DNA of 64,000 nt from Yuukianura sp. NJ FZ-2021. Lineage: Eukaryota. The position numbers and the translations under genes were made by a program. This document shows, one piece after another, positions 26,551-36,875 of this stretch. The stretch lies in the NCBI GenBank assembly GCA_046563655.1, contig CM102285.1, forward strand, positions 8,680,001-8,744,000, read 5' to 3'. Positions within the stretch are counted from its first letter, which is position 1. Every line of letters begins with the position of its first letter. The notes under the pieces were generated by a model that saw nothing but the letters and a program-made list of their open reading frames with translations, was not told where the DNA came from and did no database searches.

Positions 26551-29466
26551 TTAGAAGGGGAGGGTTGAGGAGAACATGGCTTCTATAACCTGCAAATTAA
26601 AAAATTTTAAAGTGAAACTCAAAAAACTAACGAAAATACTAAGCAAAGCTCTAGATTCAGTTAAAACAGAGCAGTAATTAGTTTACTTACCGGTGGGGCA
26701 GGGATGAGATCTTCTAGTTTTAGGTAAAATATTCTTTGAAGCCCTTGGACGCTCAAACTTCGGAGTTCTGGCAATTTTGCCAAAATTCGAGAAAAATAAT
26801 GTGGTTTTCGCTGGGCATCTACATTGTACGTGACATGATCTCTGAGGGAACTGATGATCTTCATCTGGATCTGTTCTACTTTTACAGGTTCTTGTAAATT
26901 ATGACGATCTAGACAACATGAAAAGAATCGTAAAAATTCAATTCAATTGATTTTGGATTGTTTTTATAGGAGGTGAATGACGGAAGCTTACCGGTGACTA
27001 AAGTGAGAGCCTCAAGGCAAGCCATCGCGGACAAATCCAGGTCAATATTGTGGAGTGAAATGCTGAATTCTGCAATTGCGTCAAACCATTCGCCAAAGAC
27101 TGGGCGACATTGCTCGCGGTGAAGGATTGTGCCGTTGCAGAAGGTTAGCGCCATATCATTTGGTTGAATTCTAAAGTTGCAACGAAAATTTTGGATTCAG
27201 TTTCGGCGTAAACTTTATGTAGGTAGTAGTAATGGAAGTATTTTGACAACGAGGCCGAGCGTTTACCTGTACGCAAGTCTGAGTATAAAAAGTTCCAGAG
27301 ATCCACTTTGGAGTAGAAGATCTTGATCATGTCGCGACAGTTCCTGGAATCCTGGAATTTTTTCTGCAAATGCTCGAATGACCTCGAAGCACGAGGTCAA
27401 GAGTCGGAAGAAATGCTCAATATGCTGAGGGTGATGGACGATTGACTCACTGTCTGTTGGATAATCTCGCTCATTGAATGGAGGTTCTTGGTACTGGAAT
27501 AATTAAGGCTTCAATCAAGCACTGTCCTTATAAGTGTCTATTCAGAGTAATCTAATTAATTTTCTTTGCATTTACCATGCTGCAGTCCTTGTTCTGTGCA
27601 TCTGGACTGCTGTCCAAGTGAGCTCGTACAAGAGCCGTGAGACATGACACTGGAGGTGACGGTGGGGCTGAACCGGCCATGCCCATGTGATCCCGTGGTT
27701 TCGAAGGCAGGCGACCTCGTCTACCTTTAAGTGAATCTGTCCGGACGACTTCTCGGACCATGCCGACCTTGAGTAAGAAAGAATTCAAAATTAAGCTGAC
27801 GAAGGCCGTGTTTGTACGAAAATTCTAATTTGTTGTTGTTTTGTAGAACACTTACTGCCAAGCATTTTTGGAATCGGCAAAACTGGCAACGATTGCGTCT
27901 TCGCTTGTCCACTGGACAATTTCGACTGGCCATACAGACATATTTCGCTCCCCTTTGTACTGTGCGTTTGAAAAATCCTTTGCAACCTTCACAAGTCACA
28001 ACCTAAGGATAGAAAAAAAAATTAAATGCAAATTGTTTTTGTTTTCAGATATTGGAATACATGATTGCAAAGCTGCACTTACCCCATAATGCTGACAAGC
28101 TGCAGTGTCGCCACAAACAGCACATAGTTTCCCACTCGTAGGAGACGATGTGCCCTGAGTATGCGCTTGTTGGCTACCAGAAGCTTCTGCTGGAGCCCTT
28201 CCAGCCGGTGATTGCGGTTTCGCCGAGGAGGACGGGGTTTCGCTTCCACTTGCCACGGAACTCGGAGAATCGCAAATGGATCGCTTTCTTGTAAATCCTT
28301 CTTGAATAGTTTCGCTTCCGGATAGAATTCTGGAAAATTCAATGAAGGTAAATTTATGATGGAAAGGTTCATCCGTGAAACAAATTTTGCAAAAATGAAA
28401 TCTCAATTTTTTGCTTTTTTAAAATTTTTACCTCATTGTTTCAGCCAAGCGAGCCGCTCGGGATGTCGAAGGTTGCTGAGACAATGGAGTTGAAGATCGG
28501 GAATCAGAACGTGCTGTATGCGGCGACGAGGTCATCATTTCGAATGGTGGTGACGGAGGATAGAAGATGGAGGAATGCGGTTGATGGGAATGGTATGACA
28601 GAGTACTACTTCCGGTGGGACTCATTTCCTCTTGACCTAGCGTCTGGTAGGCATGGAGCGGAGTTGGTGGGGCGGAGGTCGTTGAGGTCATCTGATGATG
28701 GTAGGGCGACACCGCCGATTCATCAAAGCTGAAAACATCTCTTCTGTAGCGTGGACTATAGGTTTCTTGGAAGCTGGGCAGAGGGGTAGCAGATCCAGAT
28801 CCACCCTCCTCCATGGACATGGAGCTGGCCAAGGAAGTGGAATCGAGGAGGAAGCAGGACGTGGACGCTGATGCTTCAGCGGCGGCGGGAACTGTCGAGG
28901 GTGGTTCAACTGCTGCGAAGGGTTTGCGTTCATTGCTACTGGAATTGCTATTACTGTTTTCGTCCATGAAAAGCGGATTGGCAGTGTACTGTTGAAGATG
29001 AACGCCGGGAAATGTTTGGGAGTGGGCGTAGTCGACGGGGTAGGAGGCGAAGGGCAAGCAGGGAGAATTTACGTGTCCGTTCCCAGCGACACTGGAATTG
29101 CTAAAGAGGAAATCAGTGTCTGAACTGTGCAGAACCGACTCCGCATCTACCAAGGCCTCCAGGAATCCAGGCAATTCTGCAAATCCCGACAGAGACACCT
29201 ACGAAAAGTTTCAAGAGTGTTAGCTCGTCAGTATTTGTTTGGAATGTTGTGAATGATGCTAAGATTCTATATTTTTCGAATTGAAAATCCTAAAATATTT
29301 CGCTTTGAAATAGTTGTGGGATTCGTTAGAATTTGTTGGGTGTTATTCTGTGCTTCATACTCAGGGAAGGTACAGTAAATTCAGCAATTGAAGTTAAGCT
29401 AAAAGCTACCAATGACAAGTTTTGTTGACCTAGGTCAAGGCTTACTTGGGGCTGAAGGAGAAGCAT
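26551..29466 (-). CDS. Hr38: Nuclear receptor HR38 (NR4A/Nur77 family)
   Basis: Exons 29466-29446 (MLLLQPQ), 29198-28432, 28329-28083, 28002-27856, 27767-27576, 27493-27267, 27170-26992, 26908-26691, 26589-26551. [54 protein letters not shown]4A-specific [18 protein letters not shown], and LBD ending [28 protein letters not shown]. Confidence 0.96.
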
Positions 29467-31502
29467 GCTGCTGGAATGCTTGTGTGCCACCTTCTGATGA
29501 TGGCTCGGAGGACTTCTGAATTCCGAGCTGCTTGACTTTCCACACTCGAGTTCCAGTTGTCGTACTAAAAGTGAAAGTAAAAGGAAAACGTTAAATTCGA
29601 ATGAATTAATTGAACGAAATATTTAAATTAATTAACAGCTAATTCCAGTTATAAATGTAAACCCTACTGTCCGGTTTGTACTCAATCGGCCCAATTTCAA
29701 ATCCATCAGAACTCGGCATTTTCTCTTTTGACTTTCTCCGCGGGCTGCTCCAACCTGATTGAGCCTCGCAGAGGTACCTCACCAGTGTTTTATAAAGTGG
29801 AGCCACTGGAATCCATTGTTTGGACACAACATTGAACAGTTGATGGAGGGGATATGAATTGGCGTCATTATGACAGGATGTCAAGGGTCATTTCCTTGAT
29901 TTGCTGAGGAACAGTGAGCCAGTATACACTTGTAGGCTAAGGGTCCCTTGAGCAGGGAGCCAAGATGTATCAGAGTGTCTCCAGGGACTCATCAAAAGTC
30001 GCTGACATTTAAGCCTATTCACTCCCAACTCCTTTTGTTCGGTCTTTATGATTAGTGTGATTGAATTTGAATCCAAGGAGAAAGTCCTACCTAACTAAAT
30101 GCCCCATGACTCTATTTTCTCCTTTACTCTTCCGCAGATTTTGTTTGTTAGGCCTAACATTGAGATTTGGGAATTAGATGTGATTTATGGGCAATCAAGG
30201 GCTGGTTATGAGCTGCTCGCTTCGTTTCATTCAATCATTGTTGCTACTTTTGTTGTCACTCCCCTTTGTCACATTAGGCGTAACATGAGACTTTCACTCG
30301 CCCCGTTTGTCATCATAGCAGAACACAAACAAATGACAAAGGGGAATTCAGAAACCACTTTCACCCGTTTTCAATCTTCCATTGACTCTAGCGTACAAAG
30401 TCATTCGTTCATTAACGTTAATAATGATTCACAACTTAATTTATTTATATAAACTTATGAAATCTAATAAAATTAAAATTTTATACAGAACAGACGCGTC
30501 TTATAATCAGCGAAATACGGTATTCCATGAATTTTTCATTTCAAGTACTCGGTTTATTTGGAACTTCATGTGTCATTTGAACCCGATTTGAAGCACAACA
30601 ATTTGCCCTGGCCTATCAATTTCAGAATTGCAATTAAGTTAAAATGGTTATATAAACGACCTTGGCTAATTTCAGTTCTTCATTAGTGTTTTGCCGTATG
30701 AACAGAAATTCAAGCCTAAATTTCAAAATTGTAATGGAATTGAACCGATCCACGCTCCTTAGATTCTTGCGCAAGTTAGGTTATTGCGACAATCTCTCCA
30801 GGATCAGCTTTACCTTCGTCAGTATTTAAACCGAATCAAGGTCAGTGAAAGCAAAGTGTTTCAGGAAAAACAAATTAGCCACAAAATCTGTTACTTGATA
30901 CGTGAAGACGGAAAATAAATTAGCTTATTTTTGTCAATGGAAGTGCTCTAATAAGATGACTGCGTTCAATGAATTGGAAATTCAGCTTTAGTGACACTGA
31001 CTCTTGGAAAATATGGAAACAAATACCTAGTCATTAATTGACCCATTTTGAAATTGGTCAACATTTCTCTAGTTTCAAGTTCTTCGGTTTTTTCGTTTTC
31101 GCTTTTCTCAATTTCGATTTTTCAAAATTAAGAAAGTTCTAATGGTATAACTTTCTCTTGTTCTCCTGTCTTAATTTATTAAACTTTTTTAGTTAGCTAA
31201 GCTAACTTTTTTGATCAGTTAAGCTACTTTCTAATTGTTTTACTTTAACAAGCTGTATTCTTATTTTCAGTGTCTTGCGTGGGTTTTGTGAGCTGATTGA
31301 CGAGGACAGTATCAAAGTGTTTCTATTTCCAGTCTTTTGCTTCGACAAAGTCTCATTATCAGGTAGTCCAATTAAGGTGTGAGTTGTGCGGTGATGTCAG
31401 AAATCTCGTGACGACCAAAAAGAAGTAATTTTAGGCCTTCAGACTACCTTGATGTTCCTAAAAATTGGAACTGGAAGTTCGACTGGGCTTGGTTCTTATT
31501 GT

Positions 31503-31742
31503 CTATTTTTAGGTTCCGAAACTTTGATAGCGTCATCGACTGGTGCTGGGGCTGGTTTGGAGTCTTTTTTAGCTTCCAAAGCTACTTTAGAAAGCTGGGG
31601 GCAGATCAATAGAAGAAGTGCGGTGAAAGCGAGCTTTCCCTGCCACCTCCCCCTCCTCTCACGTCATTCTCGTTAGGAATGACGTGCGGCTTGGAGCGGG
31701 CTTAGCCTTGCCACTGACGTCATTCACAGGAGTCAAGACGTC
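31503..31742. promoter_or_regulatory. Putative immediate-early promoter module of Hr38 (MEF2 site plus CRE cluster)
   Basis: Perfect MEF2 consensus CTATTTTTAG at 31503-31512. Full CRE TGACGTCA at 31715-31722, with CRE-like ACGTCA 31661-31666, TGACGT 31680-31685 and GACGTC 31737-31742, in a locally GC-rich patch about 2 kb upstream of the Hr38 ATG. Confidence 0.6.
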
Positions 31743-33208
31743 CAAGCCACTCCGGCGGCCTACATCCACCAACAGAAACAACCAGAGACACAATGTTCCA
31801 CGTGCTAAGGCCAAGTCCAAGCCATTTTCACTGCCTACTAACTAAATACTCAAAATTGATGATTATTTGGCTAAAATTTAACTAACAACTTGGTTTCAGA
31901 AACTACTTAATGTAATAGTACAAATAGTGAAAGTACTGCATGAGACGACGCCTTCTTAGATTTACATTTTTGAAAATTTTGGTAGAAGCTGCATAAAATT
32001 TATAGTCAGTTTTTGGTTTAATTGTATCTTAACTAATCTCGATCAATCCAACCTACTCAATTTGCACGGGTTAGCCCTCAACGCTTTAAATAGACGCCAC
32101 ATTCTTAAATGATTGGAGCATGATAGCTCATAACGAAGATTTTGAAGTTTAAAGAACACTTTGACTCCCAAGTTCAAAATGCAAAAGTAAATTACTGGCT
32201 TACCTGTATTGGCAGCTTTAAGATTTTGAAGGGATTTGCAACTTTGGAGAAATGTTGCACAGAGTTCTTCAAAAGTGTTCATACAGAAGGAAGATCTTCA
32301 GCCTTGTTTAGAATTTTGATTTCTACATTTGAAGAATTCCTTCAATTGAAACACCAAGTTTTTAAATTTTGGAAGTTCGTTTTCAATTTTTTATGAAATT
32401 TAAATTTAATCGTCAAAACAATTCAATTGAATTGCTGTTGTGGATTAGAATGGAATATGAAAAGCTATTCCCGTGCTCCTATGAGAATGTGATTGTTGAT
32501 GAAAATAATCAGCTAACTGCTGAATAATTAAGTTTGTATTGTTGTGGTTGGACTGTAAACTTTCTCTATTGTTATTGCTTTCTCTGCCTGTTCCTTCCTG
32601 TCTGTCCGAAGCACATGTTTGAAGTGAGTGTCTGGAAGGTAGGGAAGACAGTTTATAAACGAGGAGGCAGAATACCCGGGTAGCAGCCACTTTCTCTCCC
32701 TAGGCAGCCCGTGCTAAAGGCTGAAGAAACTAAGCCTAGCTTGCCTCTCCCAACAATTTCCTCCTGCATGTGACGTCTTTGGTTGAGTGACGTCCTGGAT
32801 ATCAAGTGCGTCATACTTTCCCTTGATAAGAACTTTCTCCGTAGCTTTCCCTGCACAATCCATATTGCATGCACAGGAGGAATTCAAGGGAATGGAAATT
32901 ATGCGGCTTAAGGCGTTGGGCACTTCGAAATGGGAAACATAACACACCCCTCCTGTGGATGAGGCATTCAGCTAACGCTTAAAAAATAGCCTTGATACAG
33001 AACCAGTGCGACCTTGTCCTTACTCCTCCACAAACTCAATTAGTAATTCACACGAAACTTTAAACTGAAAACGTTAAGAACGACAACGGTACAAAACAAT
33101 AGTCATTGTGATAGTTGTTTAAAACGATAGCTTTCAGGAATTAATTATACGGTTTTAAACCAAAGTCTAGACTCGAGCTAGGAACGATTTGAACAGCCAT
33201 TTAAACAT

Positions 33209-36200
33209 AAAATCGAATCAAAGAAAGTCGTTAATGATTAAAGCATGTAGATTTCGTAGAGTTCTTTTCCGGGTGGTATGGTTCCCAATATAGAAGTGCT
33301 GTTCCCTCGCTGAATGGCGAGACTGATGCGTTGAAATAGGAAGGAACTTGCTCGATTGTCACCAGTGGCTTCTGAGAGGCGATGTCCAATTGAATTGAGT
33401 AGACGTAACCCTTCTTCTCCGTAAACTCCAGTTGTCTCGACTGCGATGATGGAAACAAAAAATCGACAATCAAGGTCACGGTAGATGTCATGTTTTTGGA
33501 TTTCAGCTAAGGCGGCAGGATGACCACGGCATGAAGATGATGTTGGTAGGTAAGACGCGGCAAATGTATCACGACAGGTGAAATCCCACGCAAGGCATCG
33601 ACCGGACTTCCAAGGGACTAGAGTAACGCCATCCGGTCTCTTGCCGTCAGTTCTGGAACAACCGGAGGGTTCTTTGATGCAAGGGATGCCTGCTGTCCGA
33701 AGAGATCTGGAGATAATGTCGTTCACTGAAGCATGTCTTGATTGTCTGCCTGCGCTTCTGGTGCAGCTTAAGCCATGCAACCCATCACTCGAAACTGAAA
33801 CTCCGCAAGGGCAGCGATGTGGTTGACAAATTTCAGTTCCTAAGCGGACAGCACAGGATATTCGGAAGTGTTCGTCGGCTAGGAGCGTTCCCAGTGGGGA
33901 GGATGGAATAGCATGTAGCCAATCACCAGAGTGAGGGGCACAAACAGCGAGCAGACGGGCCTTGTCAGTCAGATTGGAGGAGTTTTGGACCAATTGAGAG
34001 TAAATTTGATTGAAGAGCTGCATTTCCCATCGTTTTTGAATTTTGCCGTCTATTGGTGTTTGGAACCCCATTTCGGACCAATTGAGAGAAGCGATATCCA
34101 TGGAGGCGTCAAAAGGTGACAGATGAGATGGTATAAAGGTAGAGATTAATTCGGCACAACTATTGACTGAGGCCAAAAACGAAAAAGTAGCACTGTCAAC
34201 GGCATGACGAATACCTAAACCCCCTTGATTCACCGGCAATGAAGACTGGGACCAGGCTTCTTCAGTCAAATTTGAATTGAGGATAGATTCCAATACGTTG
34301 CGTAAAGATGAGTCGTATGCTGAAAGAAGGTCAGTTTCCAGGAATGATGGAGAACATCTGAGGAAATATAATAGTCTTGGAGTTGATATTGATGCCCGAA
34401 GTAGGAAGAACGCTATATGGGCAGGAAGAGACGACAGTTTTGAGGATAGTGACTTGAAATCTTCTGTCTTCGATTTGAGAATACGTCGTGAAGAATCTCT
34501 GAAAAGAGGGGCACCCAAGAGTTCCGCTTGCTCCTTCTCAGGAAACATAAAGTCAGGATAAATTGAGTGGAAGGCGTCGGAGATCAAAGTTTTTTCTGTC
34601 GTATCAGCAGCTAGAATAATTACTTCACATTTCTTCATGTTTAGATGTAATCCAAATGAAGAGGCATTAGATTGGATCATTTTGAGATTTTCCAGTACAA
34701 TGTCAGGAGAGTCAGCGATAGTTGCGTCATCTAAGTACCATGAATTCAATTCTGTAGTTAAAGATGAGGCTAGTGGATGAACGGTTAAGGCGAAAAGCGC
34801 AGGTCCCAGTGGGTCACCTTGTTGGATGCCTAACTTTGATTTGATACAGTTGGAATGGTGGAACAGGTCTGTTTCGATGGAATAAGCTTGAGAGACGAAA
34901 TTAAAGAAATCTGGGAGATGGTATTTGACAGTTTTCAGCATCTGGTCTCTTCGGATGAGATTGAAGGCATTTCGAAAATCCATCTTCACGAGAACTTTGG
35001 GCGAGGAGTGATTGGCGTTGCAGTAGATTCTGACGGCATGGGCGACAGCTTCAGCTCCGTTCTTGACGCCGACACCTACTTGAATTGGACTCAACACGGA
35101 CGTGATAACGTTCATCGAGCGAGCAAGGATTAGTTTTGAAACAAGACGTCTCCATGTGAGGCCGATAGCAATTGGCCGTATGCCACCTTTCTTCTTCTGG
35201 ATCGCAATTAGTGAAGCACCAAAGAAAACAGGTCGGATGTCATCAGGGAGAGATCCGTTCGTGATGAGATTGCACAACTTCGAAATGGAGGACAGGAGTG
35301 CTACCCCTGCATCACCGGAGGACTTCGACGTAAGCTCTTTGAGAACCTGAGGACGAAGAGAGTCAAGGCCACCGGAAGATCCGTTTGGAAATGAAGAGAT
35401 AGATCTTAGGATGTCACAGTCTTCGAAGATGATTTCTCTCGGAGGTGGTGGATCCGGAAGGATGATAGGCAGAGGGTGATCTGGGTGTAGCTGGGTGAGG
35501 GCGTCAATAGTAGAGGAGTCATCTGGGGCGAGACAGTCGTCAGAGCAAAGAAGACGAATGGATCCACGAATGTCACCGTCGGCCAGTTTAGATTGCACTA
35601 GTTTGGAGCAATTCCAGTGTAGCGATGATGGAGCGTAACGTGGAAGGTTATGGTTTGAAGCAAGGTTGAATGAGTTTTTTGAAGAGAAGTTTGTGAAGCG
35701 GCCAACATTTTCCTTTACCCATTTGGTCAGATTCGGTTTAGATTTGTCTTCTTTTTTCGGAAGATGGAGTGCAGCATAAGGGAAGAAGAGAAGCGTTTCC
35801 CATGATTCCGAGGAGTTCTGGACAACGACTTGTTCTATGACGGCGGAGAGTGTGGATGCCACAACTTGTCTAGCTCCCTTGGGGATGTGTTTGAGAATTT
35901 GAATTGATTTTTTCAAAAGTGCGAGTCGTGAGCCAATGGTAAGATCTGCAGATGATGATTCAGCAGTGGGGTCCGAAAATGCAATTCCAAGATACGATTG
36001 TTCAATGTGTTTCCGTCCGCTCGCCCTTGTTTTGGTGATGTTTGGAAATATCTTCAAAAGTTTTGAACCCATGGTTGTGTCAGCTAGTGGTTTGATATGA
36101 ATTGATGCACAAAAGCGTTGGTATTTGTCTTTAAATTCCTGCTTCTTCATCAAACCATTGGAGACAAGGCGAATATTGTTAGAGATCCAGTCGTCACTTA

Positions 36201-36875
36201 GTTTGGAAATTTCAGATTTGCTTAGAGGCTCGGAAGAAGTACGATTGGAGAACGTCTGAAGTCTGCGTGAATCGTCAATTCCCAGTCCGCAGTCATCTGA
36301 TGATGACCCGACTCGGGGAATCTCCACGATTGGCGTGTCAATAATCGATGTTTCTGGGTCGTTTTGAAGGACATTGGGATCAGACGAACAGTCAAAAGTA
36401 AAGTTGGTTTGAGAGTTTTCTTGAAAGTTCGGATGAATGTTTGAATTGAGGCTTTCCATTCTCTCACTTGTTGTTGTCAAGGTAATGTGAATGATAATTG
36501 TGAATTCGGAATTTTTCGATGAAAAATTAGTGAAAGCCCAATGTTGTCCAGGAGATAAGCAATTGATGAATTGTTTGTTTGAGTTATGATGTGTTGGAGA
36601 GCGAATTTTGGAGTCAGAATTTCAGGACTTTGGATGACGAAAGTGGGCCAGTTGACAAGTGTCCGGTTGTAAAATGCATGTAGAAGCACATCAAAGGATG
36701 CGCGACAATGAGATGAACAATCTGATATAAAAATGATGGACTTTTGCACTAAATTCACTCAAAAAACAATCAAAAACTCGGGAGCGACTTTTTGCGTGTC
36801 GCCAAAAAAGATGACTTTTAAAGTGTTTGATTATTTTTTAACAAAAAAAAAAAAATAAAAAAAAAAAATCGAATC
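33209..36875 (-). mobile_element. Apparently full-length non-LTR retrotransposon, RLE-type (CRE-clade-like), including its target-site duplications
   Basis: Single uninterrupted ORF. Direct repeat AAAATCGAATC at 33209-33219 and 36865-36875. A13-T-A tract at 36843-36864. Visibly more GC-rich than the flanks. Confidence 0.88.
33238..36480 (-). CDS. Retrotransposon polyprotein: winged-helix (RFX-like) + reverse transcriptase + CCHC knuckle + PD-(D/E)xK restriction-like endonuclease
   Basis: 1080-aa intronless ORF (track start is TTG; first ATG at 36459). RT motifs GSSGGLDSLRP, KKKGGIRPIAIG, DFRNAFN, GIQQGDPLGPALF and WYLDD. Then CPCG..HGLSC, RHASVND, KRPDG.TLVPW..G..LAWD, and FQRISLAIQRGN, typical of CRE-like elements. 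Confidence 0.93.
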   Translation of the reverse strand: MTTTSERMESLNSNIHPNFQENSQTNFTFDCSSDPNVLQNDPETSIIDTPIVEIPRVGSSSDDCGLGIDDSRRLQTFSNRTSSEPLSKSEISKLSDDWISNNIRLVSNGLMKKQEFKDKYQRFCASIHIKPLADTTMGSKLLKIFPNITKTRASGRKHIEQSYLGIAFSDPTAESSSADLTIGSRLALLKKSIQILKHIPKGARQVVASTLSAVIEQVVVQNSSESWETLLFFPYAALHLPKKEDKSKPNLTKWVKENVGRFTNFSSKNSFNLASNHNLPRYAPSSLHWNCSKLVQSKLADGDIRGSIRLLCSDDCLAPDDSSTIDALTQLHPDHPLPIILPDPPPPREIIFEDCDILRSISSFPNGSSGGLDSLRPQVLKELTSKSSGDAGVALLSSISKLCNLITNGSLPDDIRPVFFGASLIAIQKKKGGIRPIAIGLTWRRLVSKLILARSMNVITSVLSPIQVGVGVKNGAEAVAHAVRIYCNANHSSPKVLVKMDFRNAFNLIRRDQMLKTVKYHLPDFFNFVSQAYSIETDLFHHSNCIKSKLGIQQGDPLGPALFALTVHPLASSLTTELNSWYLDDATIADSPDIVLENLKMIQSNASSFGLHLNMKKCEVIILAADTTEKTLISDAFHSIYPDFMFPEKEQAELLGAPLFRDSSRRILKSKTEDFKSLSSKLSSLPAHIAFFLLRASISTPRLLYFLRCSPSFLETDLLSAYDSSLRNVLESILNSNLTEEAWSQSSLPVNQGGLGIRHAVDSATFSFLASVNSCAELISTFIPSHLSPFDASMDIASLNWSEMGFQTPIDGKIQKRWEMQLFNQIYSQLVQNSSNLTDKARLLAVCAPHSGDWLHAIPSSPLGTLLADEHFRISCAVRLGTEICQPHRCPCGVSVSSDGLHGLSCTRSAGRQSRHASVNDIISRSLRTAGIPCIKEPSGCSRTDGKRPDGVTLVPWKSGRCLAWDFTCRDTFAASYLPTSSSCRGHPAALAEIQKHDIYRDLDCRFFVSIIAVETTGVYGEEGLRLLNSIGHRLSEATGDNRASSFLFQRISLAIQRGNSTSILGTIPPGKELYEIYML

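Noticed and set aside
27997..28002. Hr38 DBD reads HYGVVTC rather than HYGVRTC
   Set aside because: This position varies among nuclear receptors. The P-box EGCKG and all zinc ligands are intact.
33578..35350. Plus-strand ORFs antisense to the retrotransposon ORF, and similar antisense ORFs over CHS1, KPNB1 and kismet exons
   Set aside because: These are shadow ORFs of real coding sequence with no independent motifs.
36477..36758. 93-aa ORF upstream of the retrotransposon ORF, as a possible ORF1/gag
   Set aside because: It starts at GTG and has no zinc knuckle or RRM. RLE elements are normally single-ORF, so it is treated as 5' leader.
33220..36794. Short inverted match AAAGTCG (33224-33230) / CGACTTT (36785-36791) as terminal inverted repeats
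   Set aside because: Only 7 bp and not at the right terminus. The encoded protein is RT/RLE, not a transposase.
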